Source: an uncultured bacterium
GTDB taxonomy: Bacteria; Actinomycetota; Coriobacteriia; Coriobacteriales; Coriobacteriaceae
Direction of reading: 5' to 3'
Assembly: GCA_905214425.1 (NCBI GenBank)
Contig: CAJMLY010000008.1
Location: forward strand, 3,197-67,196
Length of the DNA stretch: 64,000 nucleotides
This document shows positions 18,821 to 27,741 of this stretch, piece after piece. Position numbers and translations under genes: made by a program. Within the stretch, counting starts at the first letter, position 1, and each line of letters begins with the position of its first letter. The notes beneath the pieces were generated by a model that was given only the letters and a program-made list of their open reading frames with translations, was not told the origin of the DNA and searched no databases.

Positions 18821-18930
18821 CGCGATCCTCCCCTTGGTGTTAGACAGTCAGTTGAATAGGCATACTAGAAGTATCGCCGATCCGTTATGTTTCCTGCCCG
18901 TTTCGAAACAATTGCGTAACGCACGCAACA

Positions 18931-19021
18931 AATGATCCCTTGGGGATGGAAGGAAACGGACCACTTGGTCGGACTGACCCCCCCTGAGTGATCCGTTTTC
19001 CTCCGTCCCCAAGGGGTCATT
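18931..19021. repeat. Family C long hairpin, copy 1
   Basis: AATGATCCCTTGGGGATGGAAGGAAACGGA (18931-18960) pairs with TCCGTTTTCCTCCGTCCCCAAGGGGTCATT (18992-19021). The 30-nt arms differ only by a few transitions. Confidence 0.85.
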
Positions 19022-19121
19022 CTGAAAAAGCGATACCCGAGTACCTCAATTCCATATATTCATACATGTTTAGTAGGTTGTAGACTATCGGGAACCGAAA
19101 CCGTGCAGACAGGAGTCACTC

Positions 19122-20639
19122 ATGGGCTATCCGAGCATTCATCCCACCGGCACACTCATCTACGACAAAGAGCGTGCCTATAACGGCTACACCATTTTCC
19201 CCACCCCGGGCGGCGCGCTGCTCATCGACATGAACGGCCGCGAGGTCAACCGCTGGGCGGGTCTGGGCGGCTTCCCCAACAAGCTGCTGCCGGGCGGTCA
19301 AGTCTTTGGCACCTCGGGCGCACGCGGCGGCGCGGCAGCCTACCAGGACCAGCTCGACCTGTTGCAGGTCGACTGGGACGGCAATATTGTGTGGAAGTGG
19401 GACCATACCGAACTCGTCGCCGACGAGGGCAAAGACCCCACCTGGCAGGCGCGTCAGCACCACGACTACCAGCGTGAAGGCTCGCCCGCGGGCTATTATG
19501 CGCCCGGCCTAGAGCCGCGCACGGACGGCGGCAACACCATCATCCTCACGCACGAGAACAGCTATCACCCCGAGATCAGCGACAAGCTCCTGATCGACGA
19601 CAAGGTCATCGAGGTCACCTGGGACGGCGAGGTCGTCTGGGAGTGGCGCGCGTCGGAGCATTTTGAAGAGTTCGGCTTTGACGAGGCAGCCAAAAAGTCG
19701 CTCCACAACAATCCCTCCATGCGCGGCGAGGCCGGCGGCGACTGGCTGCACATCAACTGCGTCTCGGAGCTCGGCCCCAACAAGTGGTACGAGCGCGGTG
19801 ACGAGCGCTTTGCCCCCGAAAACCTCATCTTCGACTGCCGCAACGCCAATATCCTGGCCATCATCTCCAAAAAGACGGGCAAGATCGTCTGGAAACTCGG
19901 CCCGCGCTTCGACGGCAGCGATGCCGAGAAAAAGATCGGCTGGATTATCGGCCAGCATCACTTTCATATGATCCCCAAGGGCCTTCCCGGCGAGGGCGAT
20001 CTGTTGGTCTTCGATAACGGCGGTGCCGCGGGATACGACGCGCCCAACGCTATCGCGCCCGACGGCACCAACGCCGTCCACCGCGACTACTCGCGCATTC
20101 TGCAGTTCAACCCCATCACGCTCGAGATCACGTGGCAGTACACCCCGCTCGAAGCCGGCTGGCTCCCCTTTGCCGACGGCAGTCGCTTCTACTCGCCGTT
20201 CATCAGCTCTGCCCAGCGTCTGCCCAACGGCAACACGCTTATCACTGAGGGCTCCGACGGTCATCTGATCGAGGTCACGCCCAAGCACGAGATTGTCTGG
20301 GAGTATCTGAGCCCCTACTTTAAGGCACCGGCGCCCGGCTTTAGCTCCAACATGGTCTACCGCGCCTACCGTGCGCCCTATGAGTGGGTTCCGCAGGTAG
20401 AGCACGCGCCCGAGGTGTCGATCGAGCCCATCGACAACGCCACCTTCCGCGTGCCGGGCGCTTCGAGCGAGAAGCTCAACGTGACCGTGGTCGATGGCAT
20501 CGACCCCTACCAGACCGCTCTGACCGGCATGAATGCCGAGGACGAGGAATCCGACGAGGGCCACGCGGACTTTTGCATGATGCGCCTGGACACCGCCGAC
20601 CTCAAGGGCGACAACAAGGGCCCCAAGTTCGACCTATAA
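19122..20639 (+). CDS. Aryl-sulfate sulfotransferase (ASST)-family beta-propeller protein, no signal peptide
   Basis: His-rich conserved blocks (QHHDYQREG, DWLHINCV, IGQHHFHMI) and overall length recall Arylsulfotran_2-type proteins common in gut Coriobacteriia. The assignment is from memory, not from a search. Confidence 0.55.
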   Translation: MGYPSIHPTGTLIYDKERAYNGYTIFPTPGGALLIDMNGREVNRWAGLGGFPNKLLPGGQVFGTSGARGGAAAYQDQLDLLQVDWDGNIVWKWDHTELVADEGKDPTWQARQHHDYQREGSPAGYYAPGLEPRTDGGNTIILTHENSYHPEISDKLLIDDKVIEVTWDGEVVWEWRASEHFEEFGFDEAAKKSLHNNPSMRGEAGGDWLHINCVSELGPNKWYERGDERFAPENLIFDCRNANILAIISKKTGKIVWKLGPRFDGSDAEKKIGWIIGQHHFHMIPKGLPGEGDLLVFDNGGAAGYDAPNAIAPDGTNAVHRDYSRILQFNPITLEITWQYTPLEAGWLPFADGSRFYSPFISSAQRLPNGNTLITEGSDGHLIEVTPKHEIVWEYLSPYFKAPAPGFSSNMVYRAYRAPYEWVPQVEHAPEVSIEPIDNATFRVPGASSEKLNVTVVDGIDPYQTALTGMNAEDEESDEGHADFCMMRLDTADLKGDNKGPKFDL

Positions 20640-20655
20640 GCTCACCGCTTCAAGC

Positions 20656-20872
20656 ATCTCAATCTGTAACAGAAAGACCATATTTCGACGCCTAACTGTT
20701 ACAGATTGAGATGCTTTTGAGAGACGGTTCCGAATGTCTCAATCTGTAACACGAAGGGCCGGTTTTGGCGGTCAGTTGTTACAGATCGAGATTTTCCATA
20801 GGACCATTTCTTCCTGTCTCGATCTGTAACACCTCGGCCCAATTTCCATCCGTAGTTGTTACAGATCGAGAC
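20656..20872. repeat. Family A array 5 (3 units)
   Basis: Units start at 20656, 20736 and 20816 (exact 80-nt period). Loops are 25 nt and linkers 23 nt. Confidence 0.9.
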
Positions 20873-21010
20873 ATTTCGGCAGCCCCCTTTCACCATCCCA
20901 TTCAAATTCAACAATTTTGTTAGTCTTGGTTAACTTTTAAGCCTAAAACGGGTATCCTTTGCGGCGTCAAGCAAACGGCACGCACACCGTGCCAAATCAA
21001 GGAGGCCCCT

Positions 21011-21784
21011 ATGGCACACCAAGCAGACCAGCAGACGATGCAACTTGTCCTTATCCGTCACGGAGAATCCGAGTGGAACAAACTCAACCTGTTCACCGGC
21101 TGGACCGATGTTGAGCTCACCGACACGGGCCGCGAAGAAGCCGCCGCAGGCGGTCGAGCCCTCAAAGAAGCCGGTTTCGACTTTGACGTCTGCTTCACTT
21201 CGCGCCTCAAGCGCGCGATCCACACCCTCAACATCGTGCTCGGCCAAATGGATCGCGAGTGGCTGCCCGTCATCAAATCCTGGAAGCTCAACGAGCGCCA
21301 CTACGGCGCGTTGCAGGGTCTCAACAAGGCCGATGCCGCGGCAGAGCACGGCGACGAACAGGTGCTCATCTGGCGCCGCTCCTTCGACGTGTGCCCACCG
21401 GCACTCGAGCCGGACGACGCACGCGATCCCCACACCCAGGAGCAATACCGCGACGTCGCACCCGATCAGCTGCCCTATACCGAGTGCCTCAAGGATACGA
21501 TCGCCCGCGCCTGGCCTTATTTCGAAGACGAGATTCGCCCCCAGATGCTCGCCGGCAAGCGCGTACTCATCGCCGCGCACGGCAACTCCCTGCGCTCTCT
21601 CGTCATGAAGTTCGAGCACCTCACGCCCGAGGAAATCCTCAAGGTCAACATCCCCACCGGCGTGCCACTCGTCTACACCTTCGACACCGATTTCAACGTC
21701 CTCGACAAGCGCTACATCGGCGACCCGGCAACCATCGCCGCCAAGATCGACGCCGTGGCCAATCAGGGCAAAGCGCACAAGTAA
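21011..21784 (+). CDS. gpmA: 2,3-bisphosphoglycerate-dependent phosphoglycerate mutase
   Basis: LVLIRHGESEWNKLNLFTGWTDVELT (RHGE catalytic His motif) and ...AAHGNSLR. AAGGAGG RBS. Confidence 0.95.
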   Translation: MAHQADQQTMQLVLIRHGESEWNKLNLFTGWTDVELTDTGREEAAAGGRALKEAGFDFDVCFTSRLKRAIHTLNIVLGQMDREWLPVIKSWKLNERHYGALQGLNKADAAAEHGDEQVLIWRRSFDVCPPALEPDDARDPHTQEQYRDVAPDQLPYTECLKDTIARAWPYFEDEIRPQMLAGKRVLIAAHGNSLRSLVMKFEHLTPEEILKVNIPTGVPLVYTFDTDFNVLDKRYIGDPATIAAKIDAVANQGKAHK

Positions 21785-21844
21785 CCCCAACCTAAACCGA
21801 GCGCTCGGCGCCGCATAACCCAAGCGCGGCGCCGCGCTGCCCTT

Positions 21845-23116
21845 ATGCAGGAACCGACCATGATCAACCATCTCAAACACCACTTTGGCTCCCGACGCAC
21901 CGGTGGTCACGGAGGCCTAGACATTGCACGGCATATCGGTCCCGGGCTGCTCGTCACCGTCGGCTTTATCGACCCGGGCAACTGGGCCTCCAATATGGCC
22001 GCGGGCTCGCAGTTTGGCTACGCGCTGCTGTGGATCGTCACGCTGTCCACGATTATGCTCATTGTGCTGCAGCACAACGCGGCGCACCTGGGTATCGCCA
22101 CGGGCGCCTGTCTTGCCGAGGCCACGACACGCTACCTCCCCCGCTTCGGTGGGCGCACGGTGCTCGCCAGTGCCTATCTCGCGACCATCGCCACCGCCAT
22201 GGCCGAAGTCCTGGGTGGCGCGATTGCCCTTCAAATGCTCTTTGGGCTGCCCGTGCGCGCGGGCTGCGCCATCGTGGCGGCAGTGTCGATGGCGATGCTC
22301 ATGACGAGCTCCTACAAACGCGCCGAACGCTGGATCATCGCTTTCGTAGGCGTGGTAGGACTCTCGTTTTTGGCCGAGCTTGCACTAGTCAAGGTCGACT
22401 GGCCGCAAGCCGCCGCAAGCTGGATCACACCCAGCATGCCCACTGGCTCTGCCGCGATTATCGTAAGTGTCCTAGGCGCGGTCGTTATGCCCCACAACCT
22501 CTTCCTGCACTCCGAGGTCATCCAATCCATGCACTTTGAAGGCCAAGGCGAGCAAGTTATCGAAGAACGTTTGCGCTACGAGCTCTTCGACACGCTCTTT
22601 TCGATGGGCGTGGGCTGGGCAATCAACTCGGCCATGGTCATCCTGGCCGCGACGACCTTCTTTGCGCATGGCATTGTCGTGGATGACCTGGCCGTCGCGG
22701 CGGCCACGCTCTCCCCCATTCTGGGCACGGCAAGCTCGACCATCTTTGCGGTAGCGCTGCTGTTCGCGGGACTATCGAGCAGCGTGACGGCGGGCATGGC
22801 GGCGGGCACCATCACCGCGGGCATGTTCGACGAGGAATACGACATCCACGACCGACATTCCTCGATCGGCGTGGCGGCCTGTTTCGTCGGCGCAGTGACG
22901 GCGTGCCTGGTCGTCCCGAATCCCTTTGAAGGTCTCATCTGGAGTCAGGCACTGCTGTCGCTTCAGCTGCCGATTACGGTCTTTGTGCTCATACGGCTCA
23001 CCAGCTCACGCCGCGTCATGGGCAAATACGTCAACTCGCGCCCACTCAATGCGCTGCTCATAGGGATCGGTATCATCGTGACGACTCTCGATATCGTGTT
23101 GTTGACAGGGATGTAA
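21845..23116 (+). CDS. mntH: Nramp-family divalent metal (Mn2+/Fe2+) transporter
   Basis: GFIDPGNWASNMAAGSQFGY (DPGN motif), MPHNLFLHS and about 11 TM segments. Confidence 0.9.
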   Translation: MQEPTMINHLKHHFGSRRTGGHGGLDIARHIGPGLLVTVGFIDPGNWASNMAAGSQFGYALLWIVTLSTIMLIVLQHNAAHLGIATGACLAEATTRYLPRFGGRTVLASAYLATIATAMAEVLGGAIALQMLFGLPVRAGCAIVAAVSMAMLMTSSYKRAERWIIAFVGVVGLSFLAELALVKVDWPQAAASWITPSMPTGSAAIIVSVLGAVVMPHNLFLHSEVIQSMHFEGQGEQVIEERLRYELFDTLFSMGVGWAINSAMVILAATTFFAHGIVVDDLAVAAATLSPILGTASSTIFAVALLFAGLSSSVTAGMAAGTITAGMFDEEYDIHDRHSSIGVAACFVGAVTACLVVPNPFEGLIWSQALLSLQLPITVFVLIRLTSSRRVMGKYVNSRPLNALLIGIGIIVTTLDIVLLTGM

Positions 23117-23142
23117 TGGGACGGGGCACCTACCCAGTCAAA

Positions 23143-23359
23143 CGTCTCGATCTGTAACATCTAGACCCGCTTTTGATGTCTAGATGTTACAGATCGAGAT
23201 CATTCCGAGGGACAGCTCCGTTTGTCTCAATCTGTAACACGTAGACCCCGTTTTCACTGCTAGATGTTACAGATTGAGATCTTCTGCCGGACGGTTTTGG
23301 TTTATCTCAATCTGTAACAGATAGACCCGTTTTGAGCCGTTAGATGTTACAGATTGAGA
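23143..23359. repeat. Family A array 6 (3 units; includes the best-preserved copy)
   Basis: Units start at 23143, 23223 and 23303. Unit 1 (23143-23199) is a perfect 23-bp stem, GTCTCGATCTGTAACATCTAGAC...GTCTAGATGTTACAGATCGAGA, with an 11-nt loop. Confidence 0.95.
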
Positions 23360-23391
23360 CGAACAGTTGGCCGGACTTACGGCAAGAGCGG

Positions 23392-24249
23392 CTAACAGCA
23401 GCTGTAGACAACCTCGCCGTTGAGCTCCATCCGGGCAATCGTTACGCCGAAGACTTGCTCGAGTACGCCCTGGTCGAGAATCTCGGCAGGTGTACCCACG
23501 TCAACGATACGCCCGCTGTCCATGGCGGCGATGCGGTCGCAGAAGCGCAGGGCGAGCGGTAGGTCATGAATAACCACCGCACCGGTCATCCCCTGCTCAT
23601 GAACCAGCCCACGAGCCAGGCCCATCACGTCGAGCGCTGCGCGGGGGTCCAAGTAGGTCGTGGGCTCGTCGAGCAGCACGGTCCGTGCCCGCTGGGCGAG
23701 CACCATCGCGATAAACGCCCGCTGCCGCTCGCCGCCCGAAAGCGTGCGGGCAGCCTTGTGCGCCAAATGCTCAACACCGGCAACGCGCATAGACTCGGCA
23801 ACAATCTGCCGGTCCTGATCGGTCAGCCCGCCAAACAGCCCCATATGGGCATAGCGTCCGCACGACACAAGTGCCTCCACCGTCATGGACGGCGTACGGT
23901 GAATCTGGGGCAGCAGCGCAATACGCTCGGCACGTTCGCGTGCAGACAGGCTGTCGAGAGCATCACCCTCAACGAGCACCTCGCCCGCGGCTGACTCCAA
24001 CACGCCATCGATCACGCGCAACAGGGTCGACTTGCCGCAGCCGTTGGGCCCGACGATGCCCGTCAGGCAACCCGCGGGCAGCGCGAGCGATAAGCCGTCC
24101 AACACCGCGTGCTCGCCATAGGCAAAGCGCACATCACGCAGCTCAACGGCAGCATCAACGCACGCCGTGTCCACCGCGCCCATGACTTGGACGCCCGCCG
24201 CCACGCCAGCGCCCGACGCGCCCGCCCCCGGCATCTCACGCTCACTCAT
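23392..24249 (-). CDS. ABC transporter ATP-binding protein, FecE/FepC/BtuD type
   Basis: GPNGCGKSTLL (Walker A), LSGGERQRAFIA (signature), LLDEPTTYLD (Walker B). Overlaps the upstream permease by 8 nt. Confidence 0.9.
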   Translation of the reverse strand: MSEREMPGAGASGAGVAAGVQVMGAVDTACVDAAVELRDVRFAYGEHAVLDGLSLALPAGCLTGIVGPNGCGKSTLLRVIDGVLESAAGEVLVEGDALDSLSARERAERIALLPQIHRTPSMTVEALVSCGRYAHMGLFGGLTDQDRQIVAESMRVAGVEHLAHKAARTLSGGERQRAFIAMVLAQRARTVLLDEPTTYLDPRAALDVMGLARGLVHEQGMTGAVVIHDLPLALRFCDRIAAMDSGRIVDVGTPAEILDQGVLEQVFGVTIARMELNGEVVYSCC

Positions 24250-25291
24250 CGCGGAACCCCTTTCGCGCCATGATCAGGTAGATAAAGAACGGTCCGCCCA
24301 CGAGCGACAGCAAAATACCCACCGGCAGTTCGTAGGGCGCAAAAGCCGTGCGCGCAACGGTATCGCACAGCACCGTAAACGCCGCGCCGCACATTGCGCA
24401 CAGCGGAATGACCACGCGGTTGTCGTGGCCCGCAAGGCGGCGCACCGCATGGGGCACCATCAGGCCCACAAAGCCGATCAGTCCGCCAAAGCTCACCGCG
24501 CAGCCCGCGAGCAGTGCCGCCACCGCCAGCGCCACCAAGCGCACCGCCACCGTACGCATGCCTAGGCCATGGGCAGCCTCGCGACCGAGCGACAGCACAT
24601 TCAGGCGATTTGCCAGGCAAAACGCCACCATCATGCCGCATACCGCCAGCAACGCCGGCGGCATCAGGTTGCGCATGAGCACGCCCGAGAAGCCGCCGAC
24701 CAAGTATGCCGACGACCCCACGTACACGTTTGGTGCCACCAACAGCACGGTATTCATACCGGCACCCGCCACGGCGTTGATCGCCACGCCCGAAAGCACC
24801 ACGGTCAGACGTGACACGCCCGCGCGCGCCGAGATGGCAAACACGAGCGCGGCCGCGATCAGCGCGCCCGCAAAAGCCACGATCGGCAGCAGCTCGCGCG
24901 GCGGATCGTTATAGAACAACGGACAGGCCGAGACGGCAAGCACGGCCAGGCCCGCACCCGAGTTGATGCCGATCACACTCGGACTCGCCAGCGGGTTGTC
25001 GAGTACCGCCTGAATGAGCGCACCGGCAACAGAAAGCGCCGCGCCGGCAACAAGACCGGCGACGACGCGGGGCATGCGGATATTCACGATGATATTGGCG
25101 ACGGTCGCGTCCACGGGGGCACCCGTCGCAAAGGCGGCAATATCGCCGATCGAAACCGAGCTGGGGCCCATGCAAAACGAGACGACGGCAACGACAACCA
25201 GCGCCGCGACAGACCCGACAAACAGGCGGACGGCACGGCGACGTGCGTGCGACAGCGCACTCCCCGCCCCGTTCGAACTCGTCTTACGCAT
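24242..25291 (-). CDS. FecCD-family ABC permease (iron-siderophore / heme / cobalamin type)
   Basis: 349 aa, about 9-10 TM segments. The conserved C-terminal ...GILLSLVGGPFFIYLI is typical of FecCD/BtuC. Confidence 0.85.
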   Translation of the reverse strand: MRKTSSNGAGSALSHARRRAVRLFVGSVAALVVVAVVSFCMGPSSVSIGDIAAFATGAPVDATVANIIVNIRMPRVVAGLVAGAALSVAGALIQAVLDNPLASPSVIGINSGAGLAVLAVSACPLFYNDPPRELLPIVAFAGALIAAALVFAISARAGVSRLTVVLSGVAINAVAGAGMNTVLLVAPNVYVGSSAYLVGGFSGVLMRNLMPPALLAVCGMMVAFCLANRLNVLSLGREAAHGLGMRTVAVRLVALAVAALLAGCAVSFGGLIGFVGLMVPHAVRRLAGHDNRVVIPLCAMCGAAFTVLCDTVARTAFAPYELPVGILLSLVGGPFFIYLIMARKGFRDE

Positions 25292-25300
25292 GCAAACCCC

Positions 25301-26389
25301 CTAGTTCATCTTGGCCAGCGCCTTGCCCAGAATCGTATAGGACTCACCCCACTTGGCGTTGGGCTTCGACATAAAATGCGCGCTGTCGAGCACCTTGTAG
25401 TTGCCCGTCTTAACGGCCGAGAGCTCGCCCCAGGCAGGATTGGACTCCACGGACTGCGTAAAGTTGCGCTCGGCGGCCTTTGTATCAGTGCCGACGGACA
25501 GCACAAAAATATAATCCGGATCGAGCGCGGCGATCGACTCGATGCTAAAGTCCGTGAGCGCACTCGGGTTCTCGTCGCACACGTTGTTCGCACCCAGCTC
25601 CTTGACCATTGCGCCCGTCATACCGGTGGAATCCTGCGCGGTAACGCCCTTGGAGTACGAGCTCATCACCAGCACACGCGGCTTCTTGTCGGAAACGCTG
25701 TACTTTTTGACGGCCTTTTTAATCGAGGCCTGAACATCGAGGCCGTTCTTCTGATACAGGTCGTCGCGACCCGTGATGGCGGTAAAGATGCGGAGCATGC
25801 GCAGATAGTCGTCGAACGTGGTGACCTTAAAGAACGCACAGGGAATCTCGGACGCATCGAGGGCGCTCTTAAGGTCGGATTGCGAAACGCCCGTGGAGTG
25901 CTTGCCATCCGAAAGGCCGGTAGCGATCACAAAGTCAGGGTCCTGAGCCATGATGGACTCGAGCGACAACGACGTGGAACGGCCCACCGATGCCACCTTG
26001 TCGGCATCGACGCCGTAGTTCTCATAGGCATCGTCGGTCGCAGCCGTCAACTCGCCGCCTGCGAGCTCCCAAGCGTTGGCAAAGCTGCCCATGCAGGCCA
26101 CGACATGCTTAGGCTTCTTGACGGTAACGGTGTTGCCCAGGTCATCGGTAAAACTCACCGCGCCATCCTCGGCGATCTTAAGATCGACCGACTTGGCGAC
26201 CTTATCGTCAGTCGAAGTCGAAGCCGAGGATTTGCCGGCGTCTGACGACTGGACAGCAGAGCCCGCTGCAGAACCGCTATTTGCCGAGGAACCGGTCGCG
26301 CCGCAGGCGCTCAAGCCCAGGCTCAAAACAGCGGCGAGCGCAAGCGTAGCACCGGCCATCATGGGTCGTACCAAATGGGTCTTCTTCAT
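25301..26389 (-). CDS. ABC substrate-binding lipoprotein (Peripla_BP_2, FecB/BtuF-like)
   Basis: Start at ATG 26389 gives MKKTHLVRPMMAGATLALAAVLSLGLSACG, a signal peptide with lipobox LSAC. The track ORF start at 26581 overlaps cbiK and was rejected. Confidence 0.8.
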   Translation of the reverse strand: MKKTHLVRPMMAGATLALAAVLSLGLSACGATGSSANSGSAAGSAVQSSDAGKSSASTSTDDKVAKSVDLKIAEDGAVSFTDDLGNTVTVKKPKHVVACMGSFANAWELAGGELTAATDDAYENYGVDADKVASVGRSTSLSLESIMAQDPDFVIATGLSDGKHSTGVSQSDLKSALDASEIPCAFFKVTTFDDYLRMLRIFTAITGRDDLYQKNGLDVQASIKKAVKKYSVSDKKPRVLVMSSYSKGVTAQDSTGMTGAMVKELGANNVCDENPSALTDFSIESIAALDPDYIFVLSVGTDTKAAERNFTQSVESNPAWGELSAVKTGNYKVLDSAHFMSKPNAKWGESYTILGKALAKMN

Positions 26390-26417
26390 CGTTATACTTT
26401 CTGTTCTTTCTTCTCTT

Positions 26418-27290
26418 CTATTCGTTCGTGGCGAACAGCGCACGTGCATGGTGCGCATACAGTTCCCGTACGGTGGCAACCTCGCCCAGGCCACAATCAC
26501 AAAGCTGCGGGACATAGTCTGCAGCCGCGAGCACACTCGACCATGAGCGGTCATCCGAGCCACCGATATTCTTGAGCACATGGCGTCCGGCGGAAAGCAT
26601 CAGCGGCACCAGCCGCACCGTCGAACCCGGCTCGGCAAGCCCGCGAACAGCCTGCAGGGCAGCGCTTGGGCCATCCGACAGACAGGCCACCGCCAAGTCA
26701 TCACGACCGGCGCGGGCAAACGCCGCTCCAAGCGACCCGTACGCATCAAAGGCGTCGCGGGGTCGCGCGTAGTCGCTGCCCGCCGGCCCGCCAATGCCAT
26801 GGCCTACAAAGAGGGTCACGGTCCCAGGCTTAGGCCGCCACTCCCCCATAAGCGCCGCGGCAAGACAATCCACACCCGTGGCATCGGACAGGAGCGGGGC
26901 ACCGACAACGGCCTTCAGCCCCAAGCACTCGGCAGCCGCACCCACGCGCTCGTGCAGGTTGGCTTGGGCCCATCCGTCGACAACCATACCGGACACGATG
27001 GCAACCATGCGCGCGCCGGCGTCAGCGGCCTGCTCCAGCACGCGCTCCAACTCGGGCGCAGGCTCACCACGGCAAGCCAAAAGCCGGCACACCGCCGGGC
27101 CACAAAAAGCCAGCTCGCACGGTACGTCAACGGCATCGGCCACCGCACGAAACACCGGCTCGATCGCCGCCGTGCGCGCCCGGGCACGCGTGGTGCCGTA
27201 GGCGGCAAACACGACGGCGTCCACGCGACTGATCTCATGCGGCGTCACCGCGCCAGCCGCACCCGACATCTCGGTCAAAGCGTCTGTCAC
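26418..27290 (-). CDS. cbiK: CbiK/CbiX-class sirohydrochlorin (cobalt or ferro) chelatase
   Basis: Two-lobed class II chelatase pattern with conserved His positions (TLFVGHGIGG; LVPLMLSAGRHVLKNIGG). The GTG start overlaps the JAMM stop (GTGA). An alternative ATG is at 27269. Confidence 0.65.
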   Translation of the reverse strand: MTDALTEMSGAAGAVTPHEISRVDAVVFAAYGTTRARARTAAIEPVFRAVADAVDVPCELAFCGPAVCRLLACRGEPAPELERVLEQAADAGARMVAIVSGMVVDGWAQANLHERVGAAAECLGLKAVVGAPLLSDATGVDCLAAALMGEWRPKPGTVTLFVGHGIGGPAGSDYARPRDAFDAYGSLGAAFARAGRDDLAVACLSDGPSAALQAVRGLAEPGSTVRLVPLMLSAGRHVLKNIGGSDDRSWSSVLAAADYVPQLCDCGLGEVATVRELYAHHARALFATNE

Positions 27291-27739
27291 GCCTTTGCCT
27301 CAGCAACCTCGAGCGGTACACGGGCAACCTGCTTGTCGTGTTCAACATGGAAGGCGTTGAGCACCAGATGCTCGGGATCCATGAGCGACAGAATCAGATA
27401 CGCCGCCGTCGAGTCAAACGCCAGGCGCTTGTCCTCCTCGGAGGGACGCGACGGGCTCTCGGGGTGCGAATGCCAGTTGCCGAGCATCTCCCAGCCATGG
27501 GCACGCGCGTCCTTAACGGCCGCGAGCTGCTCGCGCGGATCCATCGAAAAGTGCTCGTTACTCTCGTCGACATTGGTAAGCAGGTACACATGCTCGACGG
27601 TACCCACTGCCGCCTCACCCTCGCCGGCAACCGTGCCGGCGATCAGGCCGCACGCCTCGTTGGGCAGACCCTCCTTGGCATGCGCCACGATGCGGTCGTA
27701 GTCGGCAGCCGCAAGCAGCAGCTTCTCCACGCGCGGCAT
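27287..27739 (-). CDS. JAMM/MPN+ metalloprotease (Mec+/HcyD-like)
   Basis: EACGLIAG (catalytic Glu) and HSHPESPSRPSEED (HxHx7Sx2D JAMM motif). Confidence 0.9.
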   Translation of the reverse strand: MPRVEKLLLAAADYDRIVAHAKEGLPNEACGLIAGTVAGEGEAAVGTVEHVYLLTNVDESNEHFSMDPREQLAAVKDARAHGWEMLGNWHSHPESPSRPSEEDKRLAFDSTAAYLILSLMDPEHLVLNAFHVEHDKQVARVPLEVAEAKA

Positions 27740-27741
27740 CG

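Noticed and set aside
15557-18859. 1100-aa plus-strand ORF, and similar long ORFs at 12639-14372, 13940-15544, 31867-34845, 40212-42179, 45711-47180, 55027-56235, 56362-57807, 5279-6811 (minus), 19509-20564 (minus), 20930-21910 (minus)
   Set aside because: They lie antisense to genes with unambiguous conserved motifs (gltB, gltD, ABC, murP/murQ, rnr, secA, copA, ASST, gpmA). Their translations are Arg/Ala/Gly/His-rich low complexity without any family signature. This is typical of shadow ORFs in high-GC DNA.
873-23359. Family A arrays interpreted as CRISPR arrays (conserved 16-mers separated by fixed-length variable segments)
   Set aside because: Consecutive 16-mers alternate in orientation and pair into hairpins. 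The 25-nt 'spacers' share conserved TAGAC/CTAGA ends. Arrays hold at most 4 units and are scattered over six loci. No cas genes or leader are present.
26390-26581. Upstream part of the 426-aa ORF for the substrate-binding protein, and similar 5' extensions at 41472-41528, 42453-42665, 35752-35841, 36429-36569, 57820-57897
   Set aside because: The extensions overlap neighbouring genes or lack signal-peptide logic. Internal ATG/GTG codons with good Shine-Dalgarno sequences give products that start with the expected family N-termini (lipoprotein signal, EIIB, MurQ, SmpB, SecA).
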